Part shown: one piece after another, positions 36,857 to 46,013 of the stretch
How positions within the stretch are numbered: position 1 is the stretch's first letter
Layout of the letters: every line of letters begins with the position of its first letter
Source: an uncultured Alistipes sp.
Lineage (GTDB): Bacteria; Bacteroidota; Bacteroidia; Bacteroidales; Rikenellaceae
Reading direction: 5' to 3'
Length of the DNA: 64,000 bases
NCBI GenBank assembly: GCA_964628945.1
Contig: CAZVNR010000001.1
Span: 29,032 to 93,031, forward strand
The notes under the pieces: generated by a model
What the model was told of the DNA's origin: nothing
What the model saw: only the letters and a program-made list of their open reading frames with translations
Databases searched by the model: none
Program-made: the position numbers and the translations under genes

Positions 36857-37753
36857 TCAGATGCGATTTTTCTCGATATAGTCGTGCAGATAGGCGACCA
36901 GTTCGGGGGCATCGACGATGTGAATATCATCCAACAGCCCCACCACAAAGCGACCGATCGCCTGCGGGCCGGCCACCTCCGTATCGAGCACCCACCGTCC
37001 CTCGCCTGCCGGTCGCAGGTCACGCTCGGCCAAGGGGTACTCCTCGCAGAGCAGGTTGTAGGCCAACATCCCCAGCTCGAGCACCACGCGCATCCGCTTG
37101 CCGCCGTGCATACGAAAGGCGTCGATAAAGCCCTCTTCGTGCAGTTCGCTATGCTCCCACGCCTGCTCGGTCAGCTCGACCGAACCGATGCGCGAGGTCT
37201 TGAAGAGCTTGCAACGCCGATCCTTTAGATCGAGGCACCACACCTGCACATAGTTCGTCGTAAAGGCAAACGGCTCGACACGACGGTCGCTTACGCCCGA
37301 GCCGTGCGCCGCTTGGTAGGCGTGCAGGATCACCTGCCGCTGCTCCTCGATCGCCTCGATCAGACGGCGGATATTCGGGGCGTTCTTGCCGCGCACCACC
37401 GTATTGGCGAGGGTCTTGTTGTCATAGATGGCGTAGAGTTTCCGTTTGAGGTTCTGTTTCAGCAGGTTCGTATCGTCGATATTTTCGATCGCACTCTTCA
37501 GAATCACGGCCTCCTCCTCCGTAAAGTGGACGAGCTGCGAGATATCTTTGAAGTGGGGCGAGGCCTTGTCCAGACGGATGTAGTCGCCCGTCTTCTTGAT
37601 CACGAAGCCCGCATCGCGGAAGGTGTCGATGTAGCGATAGATCGTACGCCGCGACATATCGAGCCGCTCGGCCAACTGATCGACCGTGTAGGTCGTGTTG
37701 GCCGTAAGGAGCTTCATCAGGCGAAGCAGGCGTTCGATTTTCGGCTGATCCAT
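36857..37753 (-). CDS. HTH-WYL-WCX transcriptional regulator (PafC/DriD-like)
   Basis: LAERLDMSRRTIYRYI; RRVEPF...VWCLD..RCKLFKTSRI. Confidence 0.9.
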   Translation of the reverse strand: MDQPKIERLLRLMKLLTANTTYTVDQLAERLDMSRRTIYRYIDTFRDAGFVIKKTGDYIRLDKASPHFKDISQLVHFTEEEAVILKSAIENIDDTNLLKQNLKRKLYAIYDNKTLANTVVRGKNAPNIRRLIEAIEEQRQVILHAYQAAHGSGVSDRRVEPFAFTTNYVQVWCLDLKDRRCKLFKTSRIGSVELTEQAWEHSELHEEGFIDAFRMHGGKRMRVVLELGMLAYNLLCEEYPLAERDLRPAGEGRWVLDTEVAGPQAIGRFVVGLLDDIHIVDAPELVAYLHDYIEKNRI

Positions 37754-37757
37754 ACTG

Positions 37758-37792
37758 CAAATTTAGCATTTAGCATTTAGAATTCAAAATTT
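37758..37792 (-). promoter_or_regulatory. Promoter of the WYL gene formed by a heptamer array
   Basis: Minus strand TTTG-N19-TAAATTTG-CAGT-ATG. Confidence 0.6.
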
Positions 37793-37815
37793 GCGCGATC
37801 CGATCAGCAACAATT

Positions 37816-37968
37816 TCATCGACGATAGGCTCTACGGCCATCATCCTCTTTAGACTGGTAGCATATACAGAAAAGAAGACACAAAAAGGTAGCGAGCGCC
37901 ACCAGAACCTCCCAAATCGAAACGAAAATAAGAATCAAATGGGCAATCAAACCAACAATAGTAAACAT
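37816..37968 (-). CDS. 50-aa hydrophobic membrane peptide
   Basis: MFTIVGLIAHLILIFVSIWEVLVALATFLCLLFCIC..; lies just downstream of motif copy 2. Confidence 0.5.
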   Translation of the reverse strand: MFTIVGLIAHLILIFVSIWEVLVALATFLCLLFCICYQSKEDDGRRAYRR

Positions 37969-38001
37969 AGTGAAACTGTTTTTTAAGTTAGTACATCTTT
38001 T

Positions 38002-38042
38002 CACCACAAAGGAACGGCGGCAAAGTGACAACTTTTGATACA
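38002..38042 (-). promoter_or_regulatory. Putative WYL-regulated promoter, copy 2
   Basis: Minus strand TGTATCAAAAGTTGTCACT-N9-TTCCTTTGTGGTG. Confidence 0.65.
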
Positions 38043-38095
38043 ACAAAAAAAGTGACCCGATTTTTTTCGGATCACCCTATTTAATTTTGAATTCT

Positions 38096-38320
38096 AAATT
38101 GCCACTGGTGCGATAAATTCAGTAAGACAGCCGATATAACATTGAACTTGAATCAATTGCAGGTGTTTGTTGGTTTTATGATTTGAATCAAAATGTCATC
38201 CCGACGGAGCCGAAGGCGACGAGGGATCCTCCTTATTCCATTGAAAAGCAAGCGTGGACAGAGGAAGATTCCTCCGCTTGCCGCGTTCGGAATGACACGA
38301 TGATTTTTTATCGCACCAGT
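38096..38320 (-). repeat. Composite palindromic (REP/MITE-like) element, copy 2 (inverted)
   Basis: Outer IR ACTGGTGCGATAAA/TTTATCGCACCAGT; core 38194-38297 matches 17195-17302 in reverse; heptamer arrays on both sides. Confidence 0.8.
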
Positions 38321-38343
38321 AGTAATTCTAAATTTTGAATTTA

Positions 38344-39750
38344 CTACTGTACGGCTTTCACCTTCTTCTCGATCTCCTCGACCGTATGGCGGAACTGCTT
38401 GTCTGTCTCGATCAGGTTCGATACCGCCTTGCAGGAGTGGAGAACCGTCGCGTGATTGCGGCCGCCGATCGCCACACCGATCGTTGTGAGCGGTGCTTTG
38501 GTGTGCTGCTTGGCCAGATACATCGCAATCTGTCGCGCTTGGGCGATCTCGCGCGTGCGCTCGCTCGAGTTGAAGCGGTCGGCGTCGATATTGAGGTGCG
38601 AGCAGACAACCTGAATGATCTGTTCGATCGTGATCTCCTTCTGATAGAGCTTCACATAGACCTTCAGGATCTCCTTCGCCAGCGAAGTCGTGATCTTGCG
38701 ACCGAGGAACGAGGCGTTCGCCACGAGCGACGACAACGCACCCTCGATCTCGCGCACATTGGCCGAGATGTTGTCGGCCAAGTAGGCCACCACCTCCTCC
38801 GAGATCTGCGCACCGAGCTTTTGCGCCTTGGCGCGGATGATCTTCAGCTTCGTCTCGTAGTCGGGTGTCTGTAACGGCGCCGACAAGCCCCACTTAAAGC
38901 GGGTCAGGAGTCGCTGCTCGATGTCCTTCAGCTCTACGGGCGGCTTATCCGATGTAAGGATCAGCTGCTTGCCCGCCAGCTGCAGGTGGTTGAAGATGTT
39001 GAAGAAGGCGTTCTGCGTACCCGGCTTACCGGTCAGCTCCTGAATATCGTCGATAATCAGCACATCGATCATCTGATAGAAGTGGATGAAGTCGGGAATC
39101 TCGCCGTTCTTATAGGCCGTCTGGAACTGCGCCTGAAATTTGTTCATCGAGACATAGAGCACATATAGCTCCGGATGGCGTTGGCGCACCTCGTGGCCGA
39201 TAGCCTGCACGATGTGGGTCTTGCCCAACCCCGAATCACCATATATATATAAGGGGTTGAAGGGGTTGTTACCGGGCGACACGGCAACCGACATACCGGC
39301 CGAACGGGCCAAGCGGTTGCACTCGCCCTCGATGAAGGTATCGAAGGTAAGACCGGCCGAGAGCTGCGGATCAATATTTAATCGGCGCGGAATGCCCGGA
39401 ATTACAAAAGGATTTTTTATCTTTGTATCCGTAGGCGTACTGAAGCGCGGATTGGCCGTACTTTCGGCAGCAGTTGCCGTAGCCGATGCCGCGCGGGGCA
39501 CGGCATAGCTCAACTGGGTCTGCTGTCCGTAGCACTGCAGAATGATCGGCCGCAGGAGCGAGAGGTAGTTCTTCTCGATCTGATTGACATAGCTCTCGTT
39601 CGGCACACGCAGACGGAGCTTCGTACCATCGAACGCGATGGGCACGATGGGGCGAAACCACTTCTCGAACTCTTCGTTCGAGGTCTCGGCCTTGATCCGA
39701 TCGAGGCAGATTTGCCACATCTCGCTGTATGTCTGCGCGTTGTTTAACAT
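38344..39750 (-). CDS. dnaA: Chromosomal replication initiator
   Basis: FNPLYIYGDSGLGKTH, LIIDDIQ, NVREIEGAL, GGRNHATVLHSC. Confidence 0.97.
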   Translation of the reverse strand: MLNNAQTYSEMWQICLDRIKAETSNEEFEKWFRPIVPIAFDGTKLRLRVPNESYVNQIEKNYLSLLRPIILQCYGQQTQLSYAVPRAASATATAAESTANPRFSTPTDTKIKNPFVIPGIPRRLNIDPQLSAGLTFDTFIEGECNRLARSAGMSVAVSPGNNPFNPLYIYGDSGLGKTHIVQAIGHEVRQRHPELYVLYVSMNKFQAQFQTAYKNGEIPDFIHFYQMIDVLIIDDIQELTGKPGTQNAFFNIFNHLQLAGKQLILTSDKPPVELKDIEQRLLTRFKWGLSAPLQTPDYETKLKIIRAKAQKLGAQISEEVVAYLADNISANVREIEGALSSLVANASFLGRKITTSLAKEILKVYVKLYQKEITIEQIIQVVCSHLNIDADRFNSSERTREIAQARQIAMYLAKQHTKAPLTTIGVAIGGRNHATVLHSCKAVSNLIETDKQFRHTVEEIEKKVKAVQ

Positions 39751-39786
39751 TGGGGTCTTAATTCGTGTGTTTTGGTACGACAAAGG

Positions 39787-39795
39787 TGTGAATAA
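39787..39795 (-). promoter_or_regulatory. DnaA box in the dnaA promoter region
   Basis: TGTGAATAA = TTATTCACA, matching TTWTNCACA. Confidence 0.55.
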
Positions 39796-39978
39796 TTTTG
39801 CAAAAAGATTTTCATTTTTCGGTTGCAAATGTTGTTTTTTTGTATATAGAGAAACAATGTTTTTTCGGGGCACATTTTTTAAGTCGCTGATATTGAATAT
39901 TTGAATAATTATGCTTATATTTGCATATAAAATTAAAAGAACCTAAAACATTTTATTCATAAGAAAAACTAATAAGCT

Positions 39979-41721
39979 ATGGCAAACGAATTGGATCAGC
40001 TGGTCCTGCAAAAAGCACAGCAATGGCTCGACGGAAATTACGACGCCGAGACGAAGGCCGAGGTACAACGCCTCATCGACGAAGACCACAAGGAGTTGGT
40101 CGAGAGTTTCTACAAAGACCTTGAATTCGGCACGGGTGGTCTGCGCGGCATTATGGGCGTGGGATCGAACCGTATGAATGTCTACACGGTCGGCATGGCG
40201 ACACAAGGTTTGGCCAACTACCTGAAAAAAAACTTCGAAGGTGAGCAGATTCGCGTAGCGATCGGCCACGACAGCCGCAACAACTCGCGTAAGTTCGCCG
40301 AGCATGTGGCCGACATCTTCGCATCGAACGGCTTCACGGTATTCCTCTTTGATGCCCTCCGCCCCACCCCCGAGCTCAGCTTTGCGATTCGTGAGCTGAA
40401 GTGCCACTCGGGCGTTGTTGTCACCGCTTCGCACAACCCGAAGGAGTACAACGGCTACAAGGCCTACTGGACGGACGGTGCACAGGTGACCGAGCCGCAC
40501 GATAAGAACATTATCGCCGAGGTGGGCAAGATCACCGATGTCGATCAGATCCTGACGGGCAAAAACCCCGAGAACATCACGCTGCTGGGCGAGGAGTTCG
40601 ACGAGATCTACCTTAATAAGGTACACTCGCTCTCGCTCTCGCCCGAGTGCGTAGCGGCTCACCACGATATGAAGATCGTCTATACGCCGATTCACGGCTC
40701 GGGTGTCCGCCTCGTGCCCGCTTCGCTCAAGAAGTTCGGTTTCACGAATGTTTCGGTCGTAGCCGAGCAGGCCGTCATCGACGGTAACTTCCCGACGGTC
40801 GAGTCGCCCAACCCCGAGGAGCGCAAGACGATGATGAAGGCGATCGATCTGGCCGCCCGCGAGGGTGCCGATCTGGTACTGGCCACCGACCCCGACTCGG
40901 ATCGTCTGGGTGTCGCACTGCGCAACAAGCAGGGTGAATATGTCCTCTTGAACGGTAACCAAACGCTCGCCCTCATCTTGAGCTATCAGCTCACGCGCTG
41001 GGCCGAGCTGGGCAAGTTGGACGGCAAGCAGTTCGTCGTGAAGACGATCGTGACGTCGCAGATGGCCAACGCCGTAGCGGCGCACTTCGGCGTAAAGTGC
41101 TACGACTGCTTGACGGGCTTTAAGTACATCGCCCGCATCATCCGCTCGAACGAGGGCAAGACGACCTACATCGGCGGCGGTGAGGAGTCGTTCGGCTATT
41201 TGGCCGGTGACTTCGTGCGCGACAAGGATGCCGTATCGGCCTGCTCGTTGGCTGCCGAGGCGGCTGCTTGGGCACTCGAGACGAAGGGACAGACCCTCTT
41301 CGAGTGGCTGCAGGATCTCTATGTACAGTATGGTTTCTACCGCGAGGGGCTCGTTTCGGTTGTCCGCAAGGGCAAGGAGGGTGCCGAGTTGATTCAGCAG
41401 ATGATGGTCAACTTCCGCGAGAACCCGCCCAAGACGATCGTCGGTTCGCCCGTCGTGAAGATCAACGACTACCTGAAGAGCGAGACGCTCGATGTCGTTA
41501 CGGGCGAGAAGACCGTAATCGAGGAGGACAAGAGCAATGTACTCCAGTGGTTCACCGAGGATGGTACGATCGTATCGGTGCGCCCGTCGGGTACCGAGCC
41601 GAAGATCAAGTTCTACTTCGGCGTGAAGGCTCCGTTAGCTTCGGTCGAGGAGTACGATGCAACGCTTGCCGCGCTCGATGGTAAGATCGAGGCGATCAAG
41701 GAGGATCTGAAACTGAACTAA
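39979..41721 (+). CDS. Phospho-sugar mutase (phosphoglucomutase/phosphomannomutase)
   Basis: FGTGGLRG, TASHNP, DPDSDR, GEES, RPSGTEPKIK. Confidence 0.94.
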   Translation: MANELDQLVLQKAQQWLDGNYDAETKAEVQRLIDEDHKELVESFYKDLEFGTGGLRGIMGVGSNRMNVYTVGMATQGLANYLKKNFEGEQIRVAIGHDSRNNSRKFAEHVADIFASNGFTVFLFDALRPTPELSFAIRELKCHSGVVVTASHNPKEYNGYKAYWTDGAQVTEPHDKNIIAEVGKITDVDQILTGKNPENITLLGEEFDEIYLNKVHSLSLSPECVAAHHDMKIVYTPIHGSGVRLVPASLKKFGFTNVSVVAEQAVIDGNFPTVESPNPEERKTMMKAIDLAAREGADLVLATDPDSDRLGVALRNKQGEYVLLNGNQTLALILSYQLTRWAELGKLDGKQFVVKTIVTSQMANAVAAHFGVKCYDCLTGFKYIARIIRSNEGKTTYIGGGEESFGYLAGDFVRDKDAVSACSLAAEAAAWALETKGQTLFEWLQDLYVQYGFYREGLVSVVRKGKEGAELIQQMMVNFRENPPKTIVGSPVVKINDYLKSETLDVVTGEKTVIEEDKSNVLQWFTEDGTIVSVRPSGTEPKIKFYFGVKAPLASVEEYDATLAALDGKIEAIKEDLKLN

Positions 41722-41735
41722 TCACACACTACACC

Positions 41736-41776
41736 AAAGGGGTGGCAACTCGTATGCGGGGTTGCCGCCCCTTTTT
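41736..41776 (+). terminator. Intrinsic terminator
   Basis: AAAGGGGTGGCAAC...GTTGCCGCCCCTTTTT. Confidence 0.8.
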
Positions 41777-41795
41777 CAATCACAAAAACCGGCCT

Positions 41796-44330
41796 ATGAT
41801 GAGGAAACTACTTTCGCTTGCGCTCTTTGCAGTCGCAACACTCGGCTTTGCTGCCGCCCAAACGCCCGCCAAGCAACGCGCACTCGACCCTGCGCACCCG
41901 ATCGAGCTTCGGGAGGGAGCCTTCTGCTACGACGGGGTCACTACCCCGCTTCACGCCCGTTCGATCCTGATCGACGGTTCGTTGAGCGATGCGGAGGCGG
42001 CCACCCTGCCGCATGTTTATCGCACCTTCCAAGCCGCCGCCGAGGCCTTTGTCGAGGGGACGGAGGAGGAGCCGATGCGGGTCTATTTGGCTCCGTGGGT
42101 CTATTGGATCGACGATCCGGATGATCCCTATATTCGCGGCTCGCGCGGCGAGTACCCCTTCGGGATGGTCATCAAGTGCCCGCATCTGCATCTGATCGGT
42201 CTGAACCCCGATCCGACGGCGGTTGTCTTGGCCTCACAGCGCGGACAGACACAAGGGGCGATCGGCAACTTCACGATGTTCGATTTTTGGGGTGACGGGC
42301 TGCGCTTCGAGAACCTCACGATGGGCAACTTCTGCAATGTCGATTTGGTATACAAGCTCAACCCTGCCTTGAGCCGACCGAAGCGTAAATCGGCCATCAC
42401 GCAGGCGCATGTCGCCTACTGCCACGGCGACCGCATCGTAGCCGAGAATGTGCACTTTATCAGCCGCCTGAATATGAATCCGTTGAGCGGTGCCAAGCGC
42501 ATTCTGTTCAACGGCTGTCACATGGAATCGACCGACGATGCGCTCTGCTCGACGGGTGTTTATCTGAACTGCACGCTCGATTTCTACGGCCAAAAACCCT
42601 TCTACAACTCGGATCGCGGCGGTGCGGTCTTCCTCGGATGCCGCTTCCGCGTCTGCCACGAGGTGCCGCGCCAATACTTCTGCAAGTCGCAGAATCAGCT
42701 GGCGATCATCAACAGCTCGTACACCGTCACGCAACCCTCGTATGCCGGTTGGACCCACACGCCCGCCGATTGGTTGCGCTGCTACCAGTACAATGTCAAG
42801 ATGAACGGGCAACCATATATAATAGGTGCTGACAAGCCCTACAACACCGTTACGCTCGACCAACGCCCACTCTTGGCGGCCTATCTGCTCAAGGATGGCG
42901 GGCAGACCCACTACAACATCTACAACCTCCTCTGCGGCGAGGATGGTTGGGATCCGCTCGGACAACGGAAGCAGATCGAAGAGCTCGGTCGTCGCCACAA
43001 GCGCGACTATACGCAGATCGCCACCTGCCTTCAGATCGATCAGCGGCAGGCTGCGCTGCGCACGGGCGAGGGCTCGCTCGCGCTGACCGCCACCCTCTCG
43101 CGGCACGGGAACTACCCGCTCAACAACCGCCCGATCCATTGGCGCGTGGAGGCGGGGTATGAGCGATTCGTATTGCTCTCCTCCGAGCGCGGGCGAACCT
43201 GTACGGTGATGCCGGCCAACTACGAGGATGAGCCGCAGCACTTCACCCTCATCGCCTCGACCGACGAAGGGCATGAGGCGGCCGTCGAGCTGACCATCTA
43301 CCCGAGCCTGCTCCCCCCGCCCGCCTTCACCGAGCAGCCCACGCTCCACCTTACCAACCGCGTGGCCGAGGTCGCCTACGCGCTCGATTTGGGTGCGCGT
43401 GCCGATCAATCGCTCGTGACATGGTATCGTGCCAAACGCAAGGACGGAAAGGATGCCGTACCGGTAGCCGTCACGCAGCAGGAGGAGCCGATGTTGCGCT
43501 ATGCGCTGACACAAGACGATGTCGGCCACTATCTGATCGCCGGCATTCGGCCCAAACACCTGCGCTCCAATGCGGGCGAGGAGGTGCGCATCGCAACCAC
43601 ACGCCGCATCGGCAAGGGGGATGTAGCCTACACAAATACGCTCGATACCGACTTCGCGCACTTCCCGCCGATGAACCAGCCCAAGATTGCTGCCGGCTGG
43701 TGGACGGTCGATTGCATCAAGCCGGCCGATACGAAGGCTTACAACTGGCAACCCGATCCCGCACGCGCCGCTTGGCGTTATGGCGAGAGCATCAACGGTG
43801 CCGTTGGTTTGGGATTGTATCAGATTCAGAAGGGCGCACGCCTGCTCTATACGCCGACTGCCGAGCGCAAGGGCGATATGGAGATCACGCTCAACTGCGA
43901 CCCCGCCAAGACGGCCGGTCAGGGATTCGGCAGCGCAACGGGGCAGTATATGGATCTCTACATCCAATTCGACACGAAGACACTGACGGGCTATGCGCTG
44001 CGCATCGAGCGCACCACAAAGCATAGCAACGCAGTCGATTTCAGCTTGGTACGCTACGACAAGGGGGTCGTAACGCCGCTCACCGAGCCGATCTCGTCGC
44101 CCTGCTTCCGCACCGACTGCACGATCCGCTTGCAGGCGATCGGCGACCAACTGACAGCGCATATCGAGAGCAAGACCATCCTGCCGCTCGAGACACGCCA
44201 CCTGCCGCAGACGGTCGATCTCGCGGCGACCATCAAACCCCTCCCCTACGGCGGTACGGGCCTGCTCTACACCGGCTCCTGCGGCGAGAGCGCCGTCCTT
44301 CTGCACCGCCTGCAGGTCAGCTGGAGATAG
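41796..44330 (+). CDS. Large exported protein with a pectinesterase-like beta-helix N-region and further beta-sandwich domains
   Basis: Signal peptide; ENLTMGN...QAHVAYCHGDRIVAENVHFISR..ILFNGCHMESTDDAL. Confidence 0.55.
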   Translation: MMRKLLSLALFAVATLGFAAAQTPAKQRALDPAHPIELREGAFCYDGVTTPLHARSILIDGSLSDAEAATLPHVYRTFQAAAEAFVEGTEEEPMRVYLAPWVYWIDDPDDPYIRGSRGEYPFGMVIKCPHLHLIGLNPDPTAVVLASQRGQTQGAIGNFTMFDFWGDGLRFENLTMGNFCNVDLVYKLNPALSRPKRKSAITQAHVAYCHGDRIVAENVHFISRLNMNPLSGAKRILFNGCHMESTDDALCSTGVYLNCTLDFYGQKPFYNSDRGGAVFLGCRFRVCHEVPRQYFCKSQNQLAIINSSYTVTQPSYAGWTHTPADWLRCYQYNVKMNGQPYIIGADKPYNTVTLDQRPLLAAYLLKDGGQTHYNIYNLLCGEDGWDPLGQRKQIEELGRRHKRDYTQIATCLQIDQRQAALRTGEGSLALTATLSRHGNYPLNNRPIHWRVEAGYERFVLLSSERGRTCTVMPANYEDEPQHFTLIASTDEGHEAAVELTIYPSLLPPPAFTEQPTLHLTNRVAEVAYALDLGARADQSLVTWYRAKRKDGKDAVPVAVTQQEEPMLRYALTQDDVGHYLIAGIRPKHLRSNAGEEVRIATTRRIGKGDVAYTNTLDTDFAHFPPMNQPKIAAGWWTVDCIKPADTKAYNWQPDPARAAWRYGESINGAVGLGLYQIQKGARLLYTPTAERKGDMEITLNCDPAKTAGQGFGSATGQYMDLYIQFDTKTLTGYALRIERTTKHSNAVDFSLVRYDKGVVTPLTEPISSPCFRTDCTIRLQAIGDQLTAHIESKTILPLETRHLPQTVDLAATIKPLPYGGTGLLYTGSCGESAVLLHRLQVSWR

Positions 44331-44399
44331 CAACCGTACATTCACAGCGATCCACGACGATCCACCGCACCACCACTGCCCTATCACCACTGCCTCACC

Positions 44400-44455
44400 C
44401 CACTGCCCCACTGCCCCACTGCCCCACTGCCCCACTGCACCACTGCACCACTGCA
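44400..44455 (+). repeat. Octamer tandem repeat
   Basis: (CCACTGCC)4(CCACTGCA)3 with degenerate flanking units. Confidence 0.9.
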
Positions 44456-44515
44456 CCACCACCCCGCCGCGCACCCGCCCGACGGGGTGTTTTTGGACTC
44501 ATCCGAACGACACCA

Positions 44516-44550
44516 AACAAAACAACCGAGGCATTTCTGCTTCGGTTGTC
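44516..44550 (-). terminator. Terminator of tRNA-Lys
   Basis: ACAACCGAGGCA...TGCTTCGGTTGT with a U-rich tail on the minus strand. Confidence 0.7.
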
Positions 44551-44560
44551 GTTCAGAAGG

Positions 44561-44633
44561 TGATCCCGCTGGGGCTCGAACCCAGGACCCCAACATTAAA
44601 AGTGTTGTGCTCTACCTGCTGAGCTACGAGATC
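44561..44633 (-). tRNA. tRNA-Lys(TTT); CCA not encoded
   Basis: GATCTCG TAGCTCAGCAGGTAGAGC..CAACA CTTTTAA TGTTG..GGTTCGAGCCC..CGGGATCA; TACATTTG promoter upstream. Confidence 0.96.
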
Positions 44634-44906
44634 AACGCCAAACTTGCCGGACGAATCCGATTTGGTGGTGCAAATGTAGCCAATATTTTTTGTTTTGCAA
44701 AACATCGCCCGAAAAATTCTTATTTCCGGCCGTTGTTTATCAGCCAAACCCTCTTTTGCTCCCCTCGCCCACGCTGCGGATGCACATCATAACAGAGGAA
44801 TCGGCTCATCGAATTCGGATGCGGGCGACGACGATCTTATTTACGGCATATTGAGGCAGCTCTAATATGATGAAAAGTTTCTCAATGTCTTTTTCTCTTA
44901 ATCGTA

Positions 44907-45680
44907 TCATTTTGTTTTATTAAAAATAATAGCTAATGGTATGCCTAACATAAGCCATCCAATAGTCATTAAGAAAGTTTGCAAATTAAAAGAATCCGTT
45001 ATCTTATCATTGTCTGCAATTAACCATATTGCCAATGCAATATAAAGCACTACATAAATTATTACTTGTGCATAAAAACTCCATCCCACTTTCTTTCTAC
45101 GAGAAGAGGAATCTAAAGATTGTGTATTAGGAAGTTTGTTAATATTGATTCCATGTTGTATGCAAAACATACGAGCTATTTCCCAACCTTGGATTGGAAT
45201 GTCTCGTTTTAATTTAGGGGATAACCCATAATGTCTAATATACCAACTAAACCAACTTTCTAACGCACCAACCACATTACCTTCCTGTTTTTGAATTTTT
45301 GACAACAATTCCGATTCTTGACTTATAGTCAAATCTATATCATATCCAAAAGGCGTTGGAAATTTCAAAGGAGCAGTATCGGTTGCATATATCGGTATGT
45401 TGCTCAAACTACAACATTCATTTTCTGCTGGATGCTTTATGCAAAAATATTGCACAAACTCATCTATCTCGATTGTAGTAATATGCCTATCCATAAGTCG
45501 CAACGCACGACTTAACTCTCCATAATTTTGCTCGCAAAATATAAGATATGCGTAATATCTTTCTAAACTATCGGATAAATGCCAATTTATATCCGATAAC
45601 TTAAATTTCCAAATGCCGTTTTGAGCTAATAACGGAATCTTGAGATTCTTGTCTTGAAAAATAATGTATTGCTGATTCAT
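44907..45680 (-). CDS. AT-rich hypothetical protein with two C-terminal TM helices
   Basis: Long ORF in a low-GC islet; ATGA overlap with the upstream small ORF. Confidence 0.7.
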   Translation of the reverse strand: MNQQYIIFQDKNLKIPLLAQNGIWKFKLSDINWHLSDSLERYYAYLIFCEQNYGELSRALRLMDRHITTIEIDEFVQYFCIKHPAENECCSLSNIPIYATDTAPLKFPTPFGYDIDLTISQESELLSKIQKQEGNVVGALESWFSWYIRHYGLSPKLKRDIPIQGWEIARMFCIQHGININKLPNTQSLDSSSRRKKVGWSFYAQVIIYVVLYIALAIWLIADNDKITDSFNLQTFLMTIGWLMLGIPLAIIFNKTK

Positions 45681-45850
45681 AACAACCAAATAAGTTTATT
45701 GCCTTTGTCCCAAATGAAAGTAACTTCTGGGAAGGCAGCTTGTAATGAAGATTTGATTTTATTTCTTGAAGGAATCAATCGTTCACTCAAATACAAACAT
45801 GATGCGCTAACACTATAATCTACATCTTTCTTATATCCATTAGTAGACAT
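45677..45850 (-). CDS. 57-aa hypothetical ORF (not in ORF track)
   Basis: MSTNGYKKDVDYSVSASCLYLSERLIPSRNKIKSSLQAAFPEVTFIWDKGNKLIWLL*; stop overlaps the next start. Confidence 0.45.
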   Translation of the reverse strand: MSTNGYKKDVDYSVSASCLYLSERLIPSRNKIKSSLQAAFPEVTFIWDKGNKLIWLL

Positions 45851-46013
45851 TATAGATGAAATGTATTTCTTAATATTCTGATTGGGTATAGATGTTATGT
45901 TATCAATACACTATTACTTCTTTTTCTTATTAGACATCATATCAGAGACTTTGGTCTTAACTTTCTCGATATCATCGCAAAACTCATTTAGCTGGTCAAT
46001 AGCATTGAGCATA

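Noticed and set aside
44561..44633. tRNA-Lys as an integration site
   Set aside because: The 3' end is followed by its terminator and I found no duplicated 3' fragment; the foreign DNA is on the 5' side.
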